A stretch of DNA of 64,000 nt from Amoebidium appalachense (Eukaryota; Protista; Ichthyosporea), in the NCBI GenBank assembly GCA_963693365.1, contig CAVNZM010000003.1:12001651-12065650 (forward strand). Direction: 5' to 3'. How positions within the stretch are numbered: the stretch's first letter is position 1; each line of letters opens with the position of its first letter. A model generated the notes under the pieces. It was given only the letters and a program-made list of their open reading frames with translations, made no database searches and was not told the origin of the DNA. Below, one piece after another: positions 1-64,000 of the stretch. The position numbers and the translations under genes are program-made.

Positions 1-235
1 AGTAATCCACCTTCTAGTATAGTGCACGAGGTTTGGATGGACCTGAAAAAAAATAAACTTCTTTGATCTCACTCATCATCTTTCGATAACAATTGATTTA
101 TAATACTAGTCAGCGTAGGAAGAAAGGTGTGTGTGGGCATGTGGTTGCGGGTGATGGTGGTGGTGGTGTGTGTGTGCGTGTGTGTGTATGTGTGCGTGTG
201 TGTGTATGTGTGTGTGTGTGTGTGTGTGTGCCTAT

Positions 236-269
<34 letters not shown>

Positions 270-529
270 TTGAGGGGGGGGGGGGGGGGGGGGGGGGGAT
301 ATGCTTATCTGCAATAACAAGGCTGAGTCATATATCTGAACGCATCAACACCCACTTAATCTAGATCTGTATGTGACAGCCTCATGTATCCACCAGAAAA
401 CATTGAATATAAAAAAAAAATAATAGGAATAGAGGTGATGGCCGTAATTCATATTCAATAATGGTGGTCTAGCGACCACAGTCATCAGTGATATTATACT
501 GTAACACCCTCCCCCTTGTCGTTCTATAG

Positions 530-657
530 TTTCATTCTCACCAATACAATTACGTTTTACATAAACATGATTACGGTTTTGTGCCGGTCCATGTTTCATT
601 CTCACCAATACAATTACGTTTTACATAAACATGATTACGGTTTTGTGCCGGTCCATG
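530..657. repeat. Direct tandem duplication of a 64-bp unique sequence
   Basis: ttcattctcaccaatacaattacgttttacataaacatgattacggttttgtgccggtccatgt occurs twice head-to-tail. Confidence 0.85.
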
Positions 658-900
658 TGCACCCACTTTGAATTCTTCGGTCGGGTGATCGATTTTGCTG
701 TCTTGAGCTTTTTGCTAGACGTTAACTGTAGTGACTATTGACTGCAGTTTCTAGGCCTTTGCATGCATAAAATCCACTAGTACTATAGTGGAAGCAAAAG
801 ACCCCCCCTCCCATTGCCTTCCTCCCTTCCCTCCACCGCCCCCTCCCCCCCCCCCCCCCCCCCCCCCTCCCCGCCCGCCCGCACCTTCCCCTTCCCCCCC

Positions 901-931
<31 letters not shown>

Positions 932-2008
932 GAAAGAAAAGAAAAATGGTAACGTTTTGCACACCCACAACCACACCCATGCACCCATGCACACTCACAC
1001 ACTCACACACACACAACACGGCACTCAAATTAATCTTACACTCACACCCGGTCACATACACTGGGCCACATGTACACGAAGAACAAACACACATCAAAAA
1101 AAGTTTGTGCAGAAATTATTGATATACACTTTAGGAAATGTTTCACATCGATACACGGAATAAAATGAGGGCAGAGCCACGGTGGGACCTATTTAGTGAT
1201 TGTTGCACACACAACCTTAGGGTACATCATTCACAAGTGCACCTTATCGGATACTACACTCTATGCAGGCTCACAAAAACACTCACACATGTGTGCATGA
1301 ATGCCTGCACACACAATGCATACGGTTTGCCATCGTGCACATACATATCCACCGTGGACACATGCCACACACACACGACACGTGCGCGCGTGCACACACA
1401 CACACTCAAACACCCACACCCACACCCACCCACCCACCCACCCACCCACCCACACACAGGGGCACACACACCGCCCCACACCCACTATTGGTTGAAGCCT
1501 CAAACCTTCAGTTGAAATCCGCTAATGCAGGAACTTCCCCTTTGAGTTTTGTAATGTGTCCGACCTAAGACACGTACTGCTAAATTTATTTGCGGCAATA
1601 TCAATATATAATATTCGATTTCATACACGAGTTGTTTGGTGCAAATTTCACCTACAATAAAAATTATTCTATTATTATGTACATGAGGGCCTCAGCAGGT
1701 TGTTACAGCAACCTTTGTGTGGGCACTCGTCATTCATTCTAATGTTTTAATATCACTTTCCCAATATTTCCGCGTAACGTTTAAAAATAGCTTAAAAGTA
1801 TAACACCAACCCAGCAAGAAGACAAAGCAATTTCGCTAATGTGATCTCACATGACATTCAAATCACATCAACCCACAAGTATATTTCTGTTCGATCATGA
1901 AACAATCCACTGCCACATATTCAATATTCGTTCTAAAACTTTAAAATGAAATCGATGGCACTTTTTTTTTTGAAAAAATATATAGAGAGTGTAACACCAT
2001 ACTAAAAA

Positions 2009-3124
2009 CTACAAAAACTGCCCCACAGCCATAGACGGCAACATGACCCCCTCCAACGACATGCTACTCAATCGTCGCAACACCGCGGGCTGCAACTGTG
2101 CTTGCGTTTGCGTAACCGGTAACGTCTTTGGTGCCCGGGGCATAAGATACGGCCCCCTCCCCTGCGCCGGCGTACCCGTCTTAACCCCATAACTCCTAAT
2201 CTGTTCTAGCTCGGCCATCTCCGCACGAATCTCTTCCAAATGTGGGTGTCGTGGGGGAAGCAATGGCTTCTTTTTCTTTCCCTTGGAGGCGTCGTTTGCT
2301 TTCTCCTTCGCTGCATCCGATAAAGGAACCGAAACCCCCTCAGCTCCCGGGAAGCTCTCAGTGGTGAGCACTTTAAGCTCGGCCCTTGGTGTTTGCTTTA
2401 ACTCGGTGACGCGCACTCCGGGTGATGCCTTTAACTCGGTGTCCGCCGAACGGCTGCGCGGTCGCGGTTCGTTCACTACTGGAGCCAAACCCTTCTTATT
2501 GGGTAGCCTGAAAGCCGGCCGGTGTTTGCGTGCGGTAGCAATACCGTATTCCTCCTGAAAGTGAACATACTGCTTCACCTTGTGCCTGGCAAGCCAGTCA
2601 TCAGTGAGAAAACATCGTACAATGGGCAGCTGCGTGTAGGGCTGGTACGCCAATAGCGCCTGTAGATACGTGTCCAACCCTGTCGCCCTCTTCTCTACGT
2701 GCTCCTTTTCCAACCTGTCGCCGAAAAGACGCTTTTTCGGAAGATGAAGGTGCATGCGCGCCAACAGAGGCAGCTCTGAATCCATTTCTGCGAAATCACT
2801 GTAACGCCTATATAGCACCTTGATTCCCCTCTGGTTTTCTACCTCAACCCTATACATAATAAATTGCTCCCCAGTCGATTTTTGCCTCAAATGGTAAGAC
2901 ACTACACGCGCCGTCCAGCCAATGATGCACGGTGGGGGGGTACCGGGTGTGGTGGTATGGGAGGATGAGGGAACGAGTTCATCATTGAGAGAATCGTCAT
3001 CTACCTCTTGCACTACGACTGTGAAAAGTTCTTTTCGCGGAATGGTGGCACGGTGTATGGCTGTGAAATTTCGCTCGACCCATGGATCCCTTGGGCCCCC
3101 TATCATGCACAAGGCACTCGCCAT
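2009..3124 (-). CDS. PX (phox homology) domain protein, single exon, 371 aa
   Basis: Repeat-free ORF with PX hallmarks: YRVEV, RRYSDF, LPKKRLFG, EKRATGLDTYLQAL, VRCFL. Low-complexity basic tail. Confidence 0.85.
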   Translation of the reverse strand: MASALCMIGGPRDPWVERNFTAIHRATIPRKELFTVVVQEVDDDSLNDELVPSSSHTTTPGTPPPCIIGWTARVVSYHLRQKSTGEQFIMYRVEVENQRGIKVLYRRYSDFAEMDSELPLLARMHLHLPKKRLFGDRLEKEHVEKRATGLDTYLQALLAYQPYTQLPIVRCFLTDDWLARHKVKQYVHFQEEYGIATARKHRPAFRLPNKKGLAPVVNEPRPRSRSADTELKASPGVRVTELKQTPRAELKVLTTESFPGAEGVSVPLSDAAKEKANDASKGKKKKPLLPPRHPHLEEIRAEMAELEQIRSYGVKTGTPAQGRGPYLMPRAPKTLPVTQTQAQLQPAVLRRLSSMSLEGVMLPSMAVGQFL

Positions 3125-4986
3125 CGTGCCTGAGAAAACATCACCAACTATAGTCTGCTGTTATTCAAGCTGGTCAACTGTCCAAAGAAGTCAACGAATG
3201 AATGGTGAGCTGTTAAACAAAATGTTTCAGGCGTGAATAGTTGTAAACATTAAGACTTTAAAATTACAGGTTTTGAAATTATTACTGCTGTTCCATTTTC
3301 TCAATTCATTTTGTTGTTTCTTCCTTTTACTCTTCAATGCAAGTGACTCACGAACGACCACACTCAAGTGTCTCATGATTGTTTTGCAATACTTTACGAA
3401 CTGCGTAGTCTTTCACACACATGATATTTAGCCACTCAGATGGGTCCATATGTTATTTAGCGATTGAAAACGAGCCTTTATGGGAGTTTGTAGAACATTC
3501 CATACCGTAATACTGGCTTCTGGTATAGTCACGGGTTGAAGCAGCTAACCAATCGAAATGTGCCTGTTATCACCCGTGACCTGGGAAATCGGGAATTTCC
3601 GGGCCGGGGGAATGCTGTTAAAGGCCAGTGACTCGAACCGAGTCGCATTATCCCCCTATGATCATTGGGCCAGGTTCGTGGTGAATGTTATATTAAAAAA
3701 TGTTACGTGCGATGAATAGCTGAAAGTATAAAATGCAGTTGAATTCTGGAGCTTTTAAATTCGCCAATAATCCAAGTATATCGTGAAAGCCCCGACTTAA
3801 ACGGGTCAGTCAAATGGGAGTGCCATAAGGAACGAACCAGATTGAATCGGACTCGGATAGACCGGGTCCAGAAGCCCTGGCCCCCGGGCCATCGCGCTGT
3901 CAGGCCAAATCAGAATTTTCGCCGGCACACCCGGCCGGTTGAAACACTGGCTCCAAAGTGTAAACATTTGGTAAACCCTCTTGCTATAGCTATTCTACAT
4001 CGGATGAATAAAATAGAGAAATGATATGACAAAAAATTTAATTCGTTACAATGGGCAGCATGAAAGCACTCCAATATAATATTCCGGAATACCCATGCCC
4101 TGCCGCAGAAGAACTCCCGGCCGCCAGCCTCAGTCAGTGCATGGCACTGCATGCCATTCATCAATCGCCCAGAGCTCACTTTCTCCTGTAACGGATCTAT
4201 TCAATTCTATTTGCCCGCGCAGCGCGAAAAGCTAGCTTGCCCTGGTCAGCCCGAAAAAAGCCGGAAAAAAAGTTTTCGCCGAAAACTTTTTGTCACTCGT
4301 GTGTGTGGGACCGGTACCCACCGCGGTGTTACGCATTATTGGTGCACATTCACAGCAGACCCCTCCGACCGCCCAGCCGAATTCCATGTGCATTGCTATG
4401 AACATGGGTGGGGTGAGCTTACATCCCTGCTGAGATGTGTGCGTGATTATACGGTAAAAGATAGTCAAAGCAAGGACCGATCTGATCTGCCTCGCCCCCG
4501 CTGAGGCCTAATTGTAGCCCCTCCTATACTGCATATGATTTGACACTCAAAAATAAATGGACATGTGGTGGTGGCTCAGGTTCGTTACGAGTGTGTTGGC
4601 CGAAGCACATGTGGGGGTGGTGGGTGTGTGTGTGTGTGTGTGCACGTGGGGTGAGGGGGGGGTCGGTGAAGGGGATACTAGTGTACCATGGGATGCAAGT
4701 CACCTCGGGCAACCAGATCTGCACACCATTTGAAGGTTAACGAGAAATTCGAGGAAGAGTCACTTGCTTGCAAATATTAGTTTCTGCGCTGTGCACACTA
4801 TGCAAACATGCAGACATGGCATTGCATCCACGGGTGCCTACAGTATGCATGTGTTTTTGTTGGCTCACAAACTCACACAAAGTACGGTACACATGCAATT
4901 GGCGCACAACCACACACAAACACACATTCATGCAGACCGCTGAGAGGGTATTACCCGCACGCACTCCCGCCATACACACCGTCGAA

Positions 4987-5859
<873 letters not shown>

Positions 5860-6202
5860 ATCACACACAACCAGGAGCACACCGTTGAATGTTGCCGTGT
5901 ATGTAAATAAATTCTAAAATATCCAATCTGGTTTAGTCGTTGTGTCCCACGAGCTCCCCTGCCCTCCCCTTCCCCCCCCCCCTCCCCCCCCCCCCCCCCC
6001 CCCCCTCCCCGCCCCAAACACAAACACACCCACCCATCTCCTCCATCTCAATGTGTCCCCGTGAGAGTTTGATCATCCGACTGTTGAGCCCCTCCTCTTC
6101 CTCCCTCTCCCCCATGCCCCCCCCACCCACCCACCCCTCTCGCCCAGTTATACTCAGGCTGTGACTTAGCCCCCCCCCCCCCCCCCCTCCCCCTCCCCCC
6201 CC

Positions 6203-6244
<42 letters not shown>

Positions 6245-6496
6245 AAAAGAAAGAAAGAAAAAAAGATAGAAAGAAAGAAAGAAAGGAAAGAAAAGAAAAG
6301 AAAAAAGAAAAGAAAGAAAGAAAAAGAAGAAAAGGAAAAAGAAATAGAAAAAAGGGAAAAGCCACCACCACCATCTGGCTATTGGCCAGCCCCTGTTCGA
6401 GTTCACCATAGGATTATGGACATATGGCATCACAAATCAAGGCCTCAAGCTGCATATGCGCTTACTACAGTTGTTGAGCTTGCTGCTGGAGTTTCC

Positions 6497-6552
<56 letters not shown>

Positions 6553-8146
6553 GTGTTATACTTTGCAATATGCCTCACTTTATCCCATGCTACCGTCTTT
6601 TTTTCGATGGGTGCCGGCCTTAGGGAGCTTATTCTAAAAATGAGCATTTATTTTGGGAAATAGCTGTAATATTGTGTTCATAATTGTGTTTGGGCAGTCG
6701 AATGCAGGACCATGTATGCGTATGTTCGGACGTCCGGACTGAGGGTGTTCAAGTAGGTGTGTGCATGAATTCAATGGTATGTCTCCAACTCAGTGCATGG
6801 TGTTTGTGTTTTCGTGTATGTTTGTTGGGAATCAACCAATACATTTCAAAGTTGGGTGCTCAGTGTAATTGTTTATGTGGGAACAGAGCGATTAAGGCCA
6901 CCTTGTGTTAAGGTGAGTTAGACATTAAGCCTAGAATGGGCTAAATCTTGGAGTATAAAATCACTGTGTGAGTACTGTAGGAACGTTGGCACATTAATCA
7001 TTATCGGATCATTGCGATTGCATGACATTTTTATTTTGTGGTATTTAAAACCCAACTTCGTAAAACCCAAAGTCCTACATAGAAAGAAGTACACATAACG
7101 ACAGTTAATCATTGAATCAAAAGATAAGGAAATCGGGGAAAAGAAAAAAGAAGACATTAGTCAAGTCAACAGAAACCACAAGTGCTATAACATCCCCCCC
7201 CCCCCCCCCCCCTGCGCCCCCAACTTTCTGTTAAGTTACTACCACCCTGTAGTAGACGTATTTAAAGGTAGACCTACATAATGACCTACAAATTCAGACT
7301 CACGAAAACTTCTGGACGCACGGTACATGCATGGACTAACCCTGAGCTCGCCTTCATATCTAAAATTATATCTAAAAGCTACGTTTGATAAAAATGAAGT
7401 TTTGTTTACGATTGAGATAGATGAAGTCAGGTTATGTGTTGCTAATATTATGCGCTAGTAGCACCGTCACCAAAGTGTGTTATCCCGCTTTACCTACGTA
7501 ATTTATGCAAATTCGATATATCTAAATTTAGCAATTTCCAAGGCGATTGGATACTATTAGGTACGGGCAGCATGGCAGCCCCCCATTAGAAGAACGACTA
7601 ATCGATATATTTTTAGTTTTGGATGTATGGGGTATGACTATCCATACAAAATACCTCACCAAGAAGAAAAAAATAAGAAAGAGGCAAAGACATTGATAAT
7701 AACTACTCCACATGTTTAGGCATTAATAGGTTACCGGCAAAGAAAGGAATGAACAAGCAAAAGAAAGAAAAAACAAGAACAACTTTTCAAGAAGAAAGAA
7801 GGAAAGTCGTTGGTATGATACGTATTTTTTCCTACATTACACATCAAGAGTCCGCAAACTTAATTTGCTGTGCATGGTCCTTCCGCTCAAGGTGATTGGT
7901 CGAACAAATAATCAAAAGGCAAATAAACTAAAATATCCAAACATAGCCAACCGAAAACTAATTAGACTTCTATAAACGTTTCCCAGCCACATCAATCCGA
8001 CCGTCCATTCACGATAATACAAAAGAAAACCCCGTAAATTTCAAAGCGAGAATCGAACACCACCACATCAACACACAACACGATGCCGCCCGTTCCGCCC
8101 GTTCAGGAGAAACCCCGTATTTTTCGACTCGGAAAATCGGAAACAT

Positions 8147-22028
<13,882 letters not shown>

Positions 22029-23252
22029 CCTTGATTGTAATCTCAGGCCACAACAAAAGATAAATAATAAAACTATCGGCTTTATCTTTTCCTCATTCAC
22101 TTCCTGCAAAGCTCGTTTTTCGTTTCTCAGCACATGCGTTGGGCATGTGTGTTCAAAGATCTACCCGTACACCTACTTTGAGTGCACCTTATGGAGTGTG
22201 CATTGCATAGAGCTACCCACAGGTTAAAAATCCAACATACTTCTTCTTTTTTTTTTCTTCCTCTTTTCGCTTTCTACTCTTATTGATCATTTCAACATAT
22301 CAACATTCAACATTCGTAAGCACCTGTTTCCAAGCCTTCTGTAACGTTGGAAATGCGCTGGTTACAGCCATGTTCAAAATGCAAGCCACTCCGTGCGAAA
22401 CCTGCTGTGTTCTGATTGGCTAATAGAATATCGATCATTCCTGGCGCGCAATCTAAGAGTCAAAACAAAATCATGAGTGTAAGCCAATAAACATGCAGAT
22501 CTGAACTGTTGTAAGTTCTACGACTCAATGCTGAATGGTCAGCTCATATAGTTACGACAGGTGCATGAGAAAAGTAAAGACCAAACAAAGACAGTATTTT
22601 AAAAACAATTTGGTTTTTGTATTTTATTTGCTTTTTTTTCCTTTAAAATCTCAGCCATATTGGTTTCAAGGTATGAAAAGTCGAGCGTAGGGGGAGCGTC
22701 GTGTGTACGTAAGAATTCAAGCCTCAACCAACCGGTATCCACATTCAAAAAGCGTCTGTTGCCGCTTAATAAGCCTTCTAAATATAGACGGTGCGTCATT
22801 GGCCAATCACCTGAGGGCACATATCTGTTCCGATCAGCAGCACGGCCCGGCTTGCGCTGCATGCAGCTCTGAGCTGATGCAGCCCGGCTTGGACGTCTAC
22901 GCATGCAGGTTATATACAGGCACGCTCCATGGTCTTAGCCTAAATATTATGCTTACGGGTAGGAACATAAATAGGTGCGTAGGTATTCTGATGTAGGAAT
23001 CATAGTATCATCCCGCCTGGGGGCATAAGCAGAGCTAAGCGGAAGACGGTAGCCTCCTCTGAGGTGATTATAAAAAAAAAGCAAACAAACAAACATTGGA
23101 AACAAACCAACAAAAAAAAAAAGGTTTGATGGACGGCTGACTGTGCGCACCGTGTTGACCAGCGCTGTGATGTGATCTTTCCCTTTCCGTTAGCTTCTTT
23201 TCTATTCCCCTTAATTTTCATTTCTGTTCTTATGTTTTTTGTGGGGCTGGAA

Positions 23253-23290
<38 letters not shown>

Positions 23291-23304
23291 GAGTCTGAGG
23301 GTGA

Positions 23305-23636
23305 AGGGCCCAACCACATCGTCTGAGTCAACCTGCTTCAAGCAGAATTATTCTGCTAAAAACAGAATTTACTCAGCAAAAGCAGAACTGTTCAGCAAAA
23401 TTTGAAGGAGAATCAATGATATCTGCTAAAAGCAGAATTTTTCTGCTGTCGAAAGCAGAATGATTCTCTGAATGATTCTGCTTTTTGCGGAATAATTCTG
23501 CGACTAGCAGAGTGATTCTGCTTTTGCGGAATATTACTGCTAAAAGCAGAATATTTTCACTAAAAGCGGAGTGATTGTGCCTTTGCAGAATAACTCTGCT
23601 TTTTGCAAGTTGACTGCCGATGTTGGTTGGGTCCTG
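23305..23636. mobile_element. Foldback/MITE-like element with ~55-bp imperfect terminal inverted repeats and internal palindromic repeats
   Basis: Left end agggcccaaccacatcgtctgagtcaacctgc...agcagaattattctgc matches the reverse complement of the right end, caggacccaaccaacatcggcagtcaacttgc...agcagagttattctgc. The interior consists of agcagaatNattctgct variants. Confidence 0.6.
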
Positions 23637-23642
23637 GGCGGG

Positions 23643-23682
<40 letters not shown>

Positions 23683-23809
23683 TGGGGATACGCCCATCCA
23701 TCTATCTATTTAGCTAACCGATCGGAGTCCGAGTGACATGTACACATATATGCAAGGGCACGTGAATGGTTTCTACTAGTGCTAGTTTCTGGAGCTATTT
23801 AAATTCCCA

Positions 23810-24690
23810 AAGTTATTTAGGTGTCCCCCTATTTTTTAGGTGCTCGATTTACCCCCCAAATGATGTAGGTTTCCCGTACTATTTATTAGGGGCAGGTGGA
23901 GATTTATAATAGCCCCTATTATTTAGATGCACGAGCCGTTTTACCCATACGATAGTCACTCTGAGTGCTGTCTCCCTGCGGCTTCTTATTCTTTTATGTT
24001 TTTTTTTTCTTTTTTTCTTTTATTTCTTTTATGTTGCTGCAGGCAACCCGCAGCGTAGTAAGGTCGGGCCCGGCCACTTACGTAAGCCAGCAGGTACATA
24101 GCCTTGGAGACTACCGATAGGAGGTTTTCCCTATCATAAAAAAGGGGCATTGCGGTAAAGGTTCTCAATTTTCAGTTTCTGAAAGTTGAACTTTTCCCTA
24201 TTATTCAGATTTCTCCTATTGCATATCTGAGGGGCGGGTGGAGGTTCCCCTATTTTTATCCCCTATTATTTAGGTGCTCGACGCTTCCCCATCATTTAGG
24301 TTTAGGTTTTTGCTCTCGTTTGAGGTCAGGTGGAAGTTCCCCGTGTCACCATTAAGTAGGTCGTAAGGTACTCGATGTTTCCCCGCTCATGAGATTTATA
24401 ATCAGATTAAATCAAGGGCAGGCAGAGGATTCCCCCTGTTATTTTTGTGACCTCTTTTTTGATGATAATCTAGAGGTTTCCCCAATTGTTTTAAGTTTCC
24501 CCTACTTTTTTTTTTTTTAAGTAAATGGAGGCTTCCCCTAACTTGTTTCCGGGGGTAACCTCTGTCGTTTAGGTGCCCCCCATTATTTAGAGTAACATAC
24601 AGGCTCTGGAGAGATTTTCCTTATTATATATTTAGGTGTGCCCTATTTTTATGTGCCCAAAATTTCTCCCGTCTTTTAGGTTGCCCCTAT
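23810..24690. repeat. Degenerate array of a ttcccctattatttaggtg-like motif
   Basis: Many imperfect copies at irregular spacing. Confidence 0.55.
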
Positions 24691-25035
24691 TATGTGGGAG
24701 CAGGTGGAGGAATATTCATGGTTAGAGGCTGGCCCAACCAGTGCATACTTTAAATCAATCATTTTCAACTTGCAACCAACCAAATGTATACCAATTCTCC
24801 CCCCCCCCCCCCCCCCTTCTCCCTCCCCCCCCTCCTCCTCCCTCCCCTGCCCCTCCCCCCGTCCCCCCCCCCCCCCTCCCCCTCTCTCTCTCTTCCCCCC
24901 CCCCCCCCCCTCCCCTCCCCTCCCCCCCCTGGTTAATATTTTTGGAGGCAAGACACTTGATTTTGGATGCACATTCATACGGACGATAATAGGGACGCCG
25001 ATAGGAGTTGACTATACCATACATCTATGACTCAG

Positions 25036-25276
25036 GGATACCACTGACTCCTCCCCATGCTGTACCACAGAGTCACGTGCAGGCCATCCACAACTCCTTC
25101 ATGCAACATCCAGACATGCCAATTTTCCTGCCAATTTTCCCGCTGGTTGCCAACCTCAGCCAGAAGGATGCCGACCTCCATCGTCTTGGGGACACGAAGG
25201 AAGCCAAGCGGGAGAAATCGTACATTGAAGCTCTTGTCCAGCAACTCCAAGAAGAATTGTCCCCTGATGTACATGT
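25036..25276 (+). CDS. Putative exon of an unidentified plus-strand gene
   Basis: ctcag| ... |gtagg boundaries around an open, complex reading (GIPLTPPHAVPQSHVQAIHNSFMQHPDMPIFLPIFPLV...LQEELSPDVH). Possible last exon at about 25995-26077. No family recognised. Confidence 0.35.
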
Positions 25277-25285
25277 AGGCCTCAG

Positions 25286-25325
<40 letters not shown>

Positions 25326-25661
25326 ACCCACCCACCCTGGATACCCCCCCCCCCCCCCCCCCCCCCCCCCTGCTCCCCTCCCTCCCGCTCCCCACCCTCC
25401 AAACTGGGATATAACCCCCCCCCCCCCCCCCCGCCCCACCCGGATATAACCCCCCCCCACCCTCCACAATGGGATATACCCCCCCCCCCTCCCCCCCCCT
25501 CCCCCCCACCCGGATATAATCTCCCCCCCACGCGATTGGTCCATAAATAATTTACTATGGATGAAGATAAAGGAGTGTGTGCATATCTATTTCACTGCTT
25601 AGTTTTTTTCCCCCATGCCACGGCATGTTTATGGCTTTTTGTGGATAGGGTTTTTTTTCCA

Positions 25662-25708
<47 letters not shown>

Positions 25709-26722
25709 CCACCCGCCGCCGCGGGCACCGCCTCTTTCCCAGCTGCCGAATCTTAATAAGTTACGGAAGACAAACACAAACACAAGGGGCATGCATGTGC
25801 ATGTCACAAAACGCACAGACGCACAGACGCACACGAATGTACATACACAGACGCAGAACACACATGCACATCTGACCACAGGTACACGTATCAAACGCAC
25901 ACACACGCACAAGCACACACACATGTACACGATGCACACACCCACACCCACACCCACCCACCCACCCACCCACCCACCCACCCACCGTCACACAGTCACG
26001 TACATCACTTGTGCCCTTCTGTTGGTATACGTTCGAAAAAGATGGGCTTGTGCACAGGCAGCAGCGTTTCTATTGATCAGCAGGTGCCCATGGCACGAGT
26101 AGTGAAATCACAATTTTTGGAAGACGCAAAGTCTCTGTGTCACGTTTTAGGTACTCAAACCTAACCAGATATATATGCACATCTAGCTATGCCTATCATT
26201 CGACTATAAAAACATATATATCAAAACACACATTGCAACTTAGGCATGTTGGTTTGAATGTATCCCCCCACTCCCACTACTTAAACGTGGCAAACATTCC
26301 TTTTAACCCATGACCCAAACCTTTAATGTAACATTCGGCCAGAAATTTCTTCAACAGATTCACTACATAGCTTAAAATCCCCCCAACAACCGATCCCCCC
26401 ACTCCTCACACGCACAACATTTTCCGGTATATTTCGGCACTACCCTAACCAACAACCGTTCATACCGGCAGCTAAAAACGTTGTTGTTCAGAGTTCATAG
26501 AATGGCACCAGTATGAACAGAAATAAACATAATAAGGTGTACGTTACTAAAATCAGGTGTTTGCTACTATAAATATTACTGTTTAGTCTATCTTTAATAC
26601 TTGTGACCAGTGGGGGTGGAACTCAACAGCACATATAAACAGAAGTTCAAGGTTTAGGGTGTGTTATCAACTTAAATCCCGCAAAATCTAGAAGCGACAA
26701 AATAAAACGTAATCCCTGAAAA

Positions 26723-63436
<36,714 letters not shown>

Positions 63437-63601
63437 CTGCAGCATTCATATGGTTATTTTCTTTATTGATATCAACGTGTATATGTATACGGCACGGCAG
63501 ATATGCCTGATGTCATGTGTTTAAAAAAAAAAACACATATAGTTAGGTGATTCATTAACCACCCCACCTGAAACACCTCCCATTCCTCCTTCTCCGAAAG
63601 G

Positions 63602-63639
<38 letters not shown>

Positions 63640-63732
63640 ACGTGCGTCCCCCGGCAAGGCACACGCGTGTGCACAGACACATACACAACACATACACAAC
63701 ACATACACAACACACACACACACACACACACA

Positions 63733-63764
<32 letters not shown>

Positions 63765-63794
63765 CGTACGCACGCACGCACGCACGTACGCACG

Positions 63795-63836
<42 letters not shown>

Positions 63837-64000
63837 ACCTCCCTCTCCCCCCATGCCCCACGGCCCCACCCCACACGCACAGACACACGCTACCACACGC
63901 ACACCATCACCTTCTCTTCCCGCATTCTTTCTTAACCTTCTGCCCACCTCGGCTCAACCCTGTAAATACCAAATGTGCTTAGCAGTACTGTCTTGATTTG

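Overview
Eukaryotic genomic DNA saturated with (CA)n/(TG)n, poly-G/poly-C and (GA)n tracts. Most entries in the ORF track are artefacts of these repeats. I inferred a unicellular holozoan/opisthokont-like source from gene content only. Three minus-strand host genes can be reconstructed: (1) a single-exon PX-domain gene (2009-3124); (2) a 14-exon DAPK/CaMK-type kinase fused to a C-terminal CBM21 glycogen/starch-binding domain (8147-22028); (3) a >37 kb polybromo-1 (PBRM1/BAF180)-like gene (26723 to beyond the window end). The polybromo gene has six bromodomains, two BAH domains, C2H2 fingers and an in-frame cassette exon encoding a C-clamp-like zinc module. The introns host a retroelement system. 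Its protein part is a Penelope-like (Naiad/Chlamys-type) reverse transcriptase ORF (32724-~34500). Its RNA part is two related short families (A, a 453-bp tandem unit; B, the probable 3' end of the RT element). Every clear A or B copy begins at a poly-G tract and is co-oriented with the host genes. Both families share a covarying RNA fold containing all hammerhead core strands (CUGAGGA, GAAA, GUU) in a non-circularly permuted order. Two TTAA-flanked MITEs, a foldback MITE and several local duplications and inversions are also present. All structures and splice models were derived by eye and need computational and experimental confirmation.
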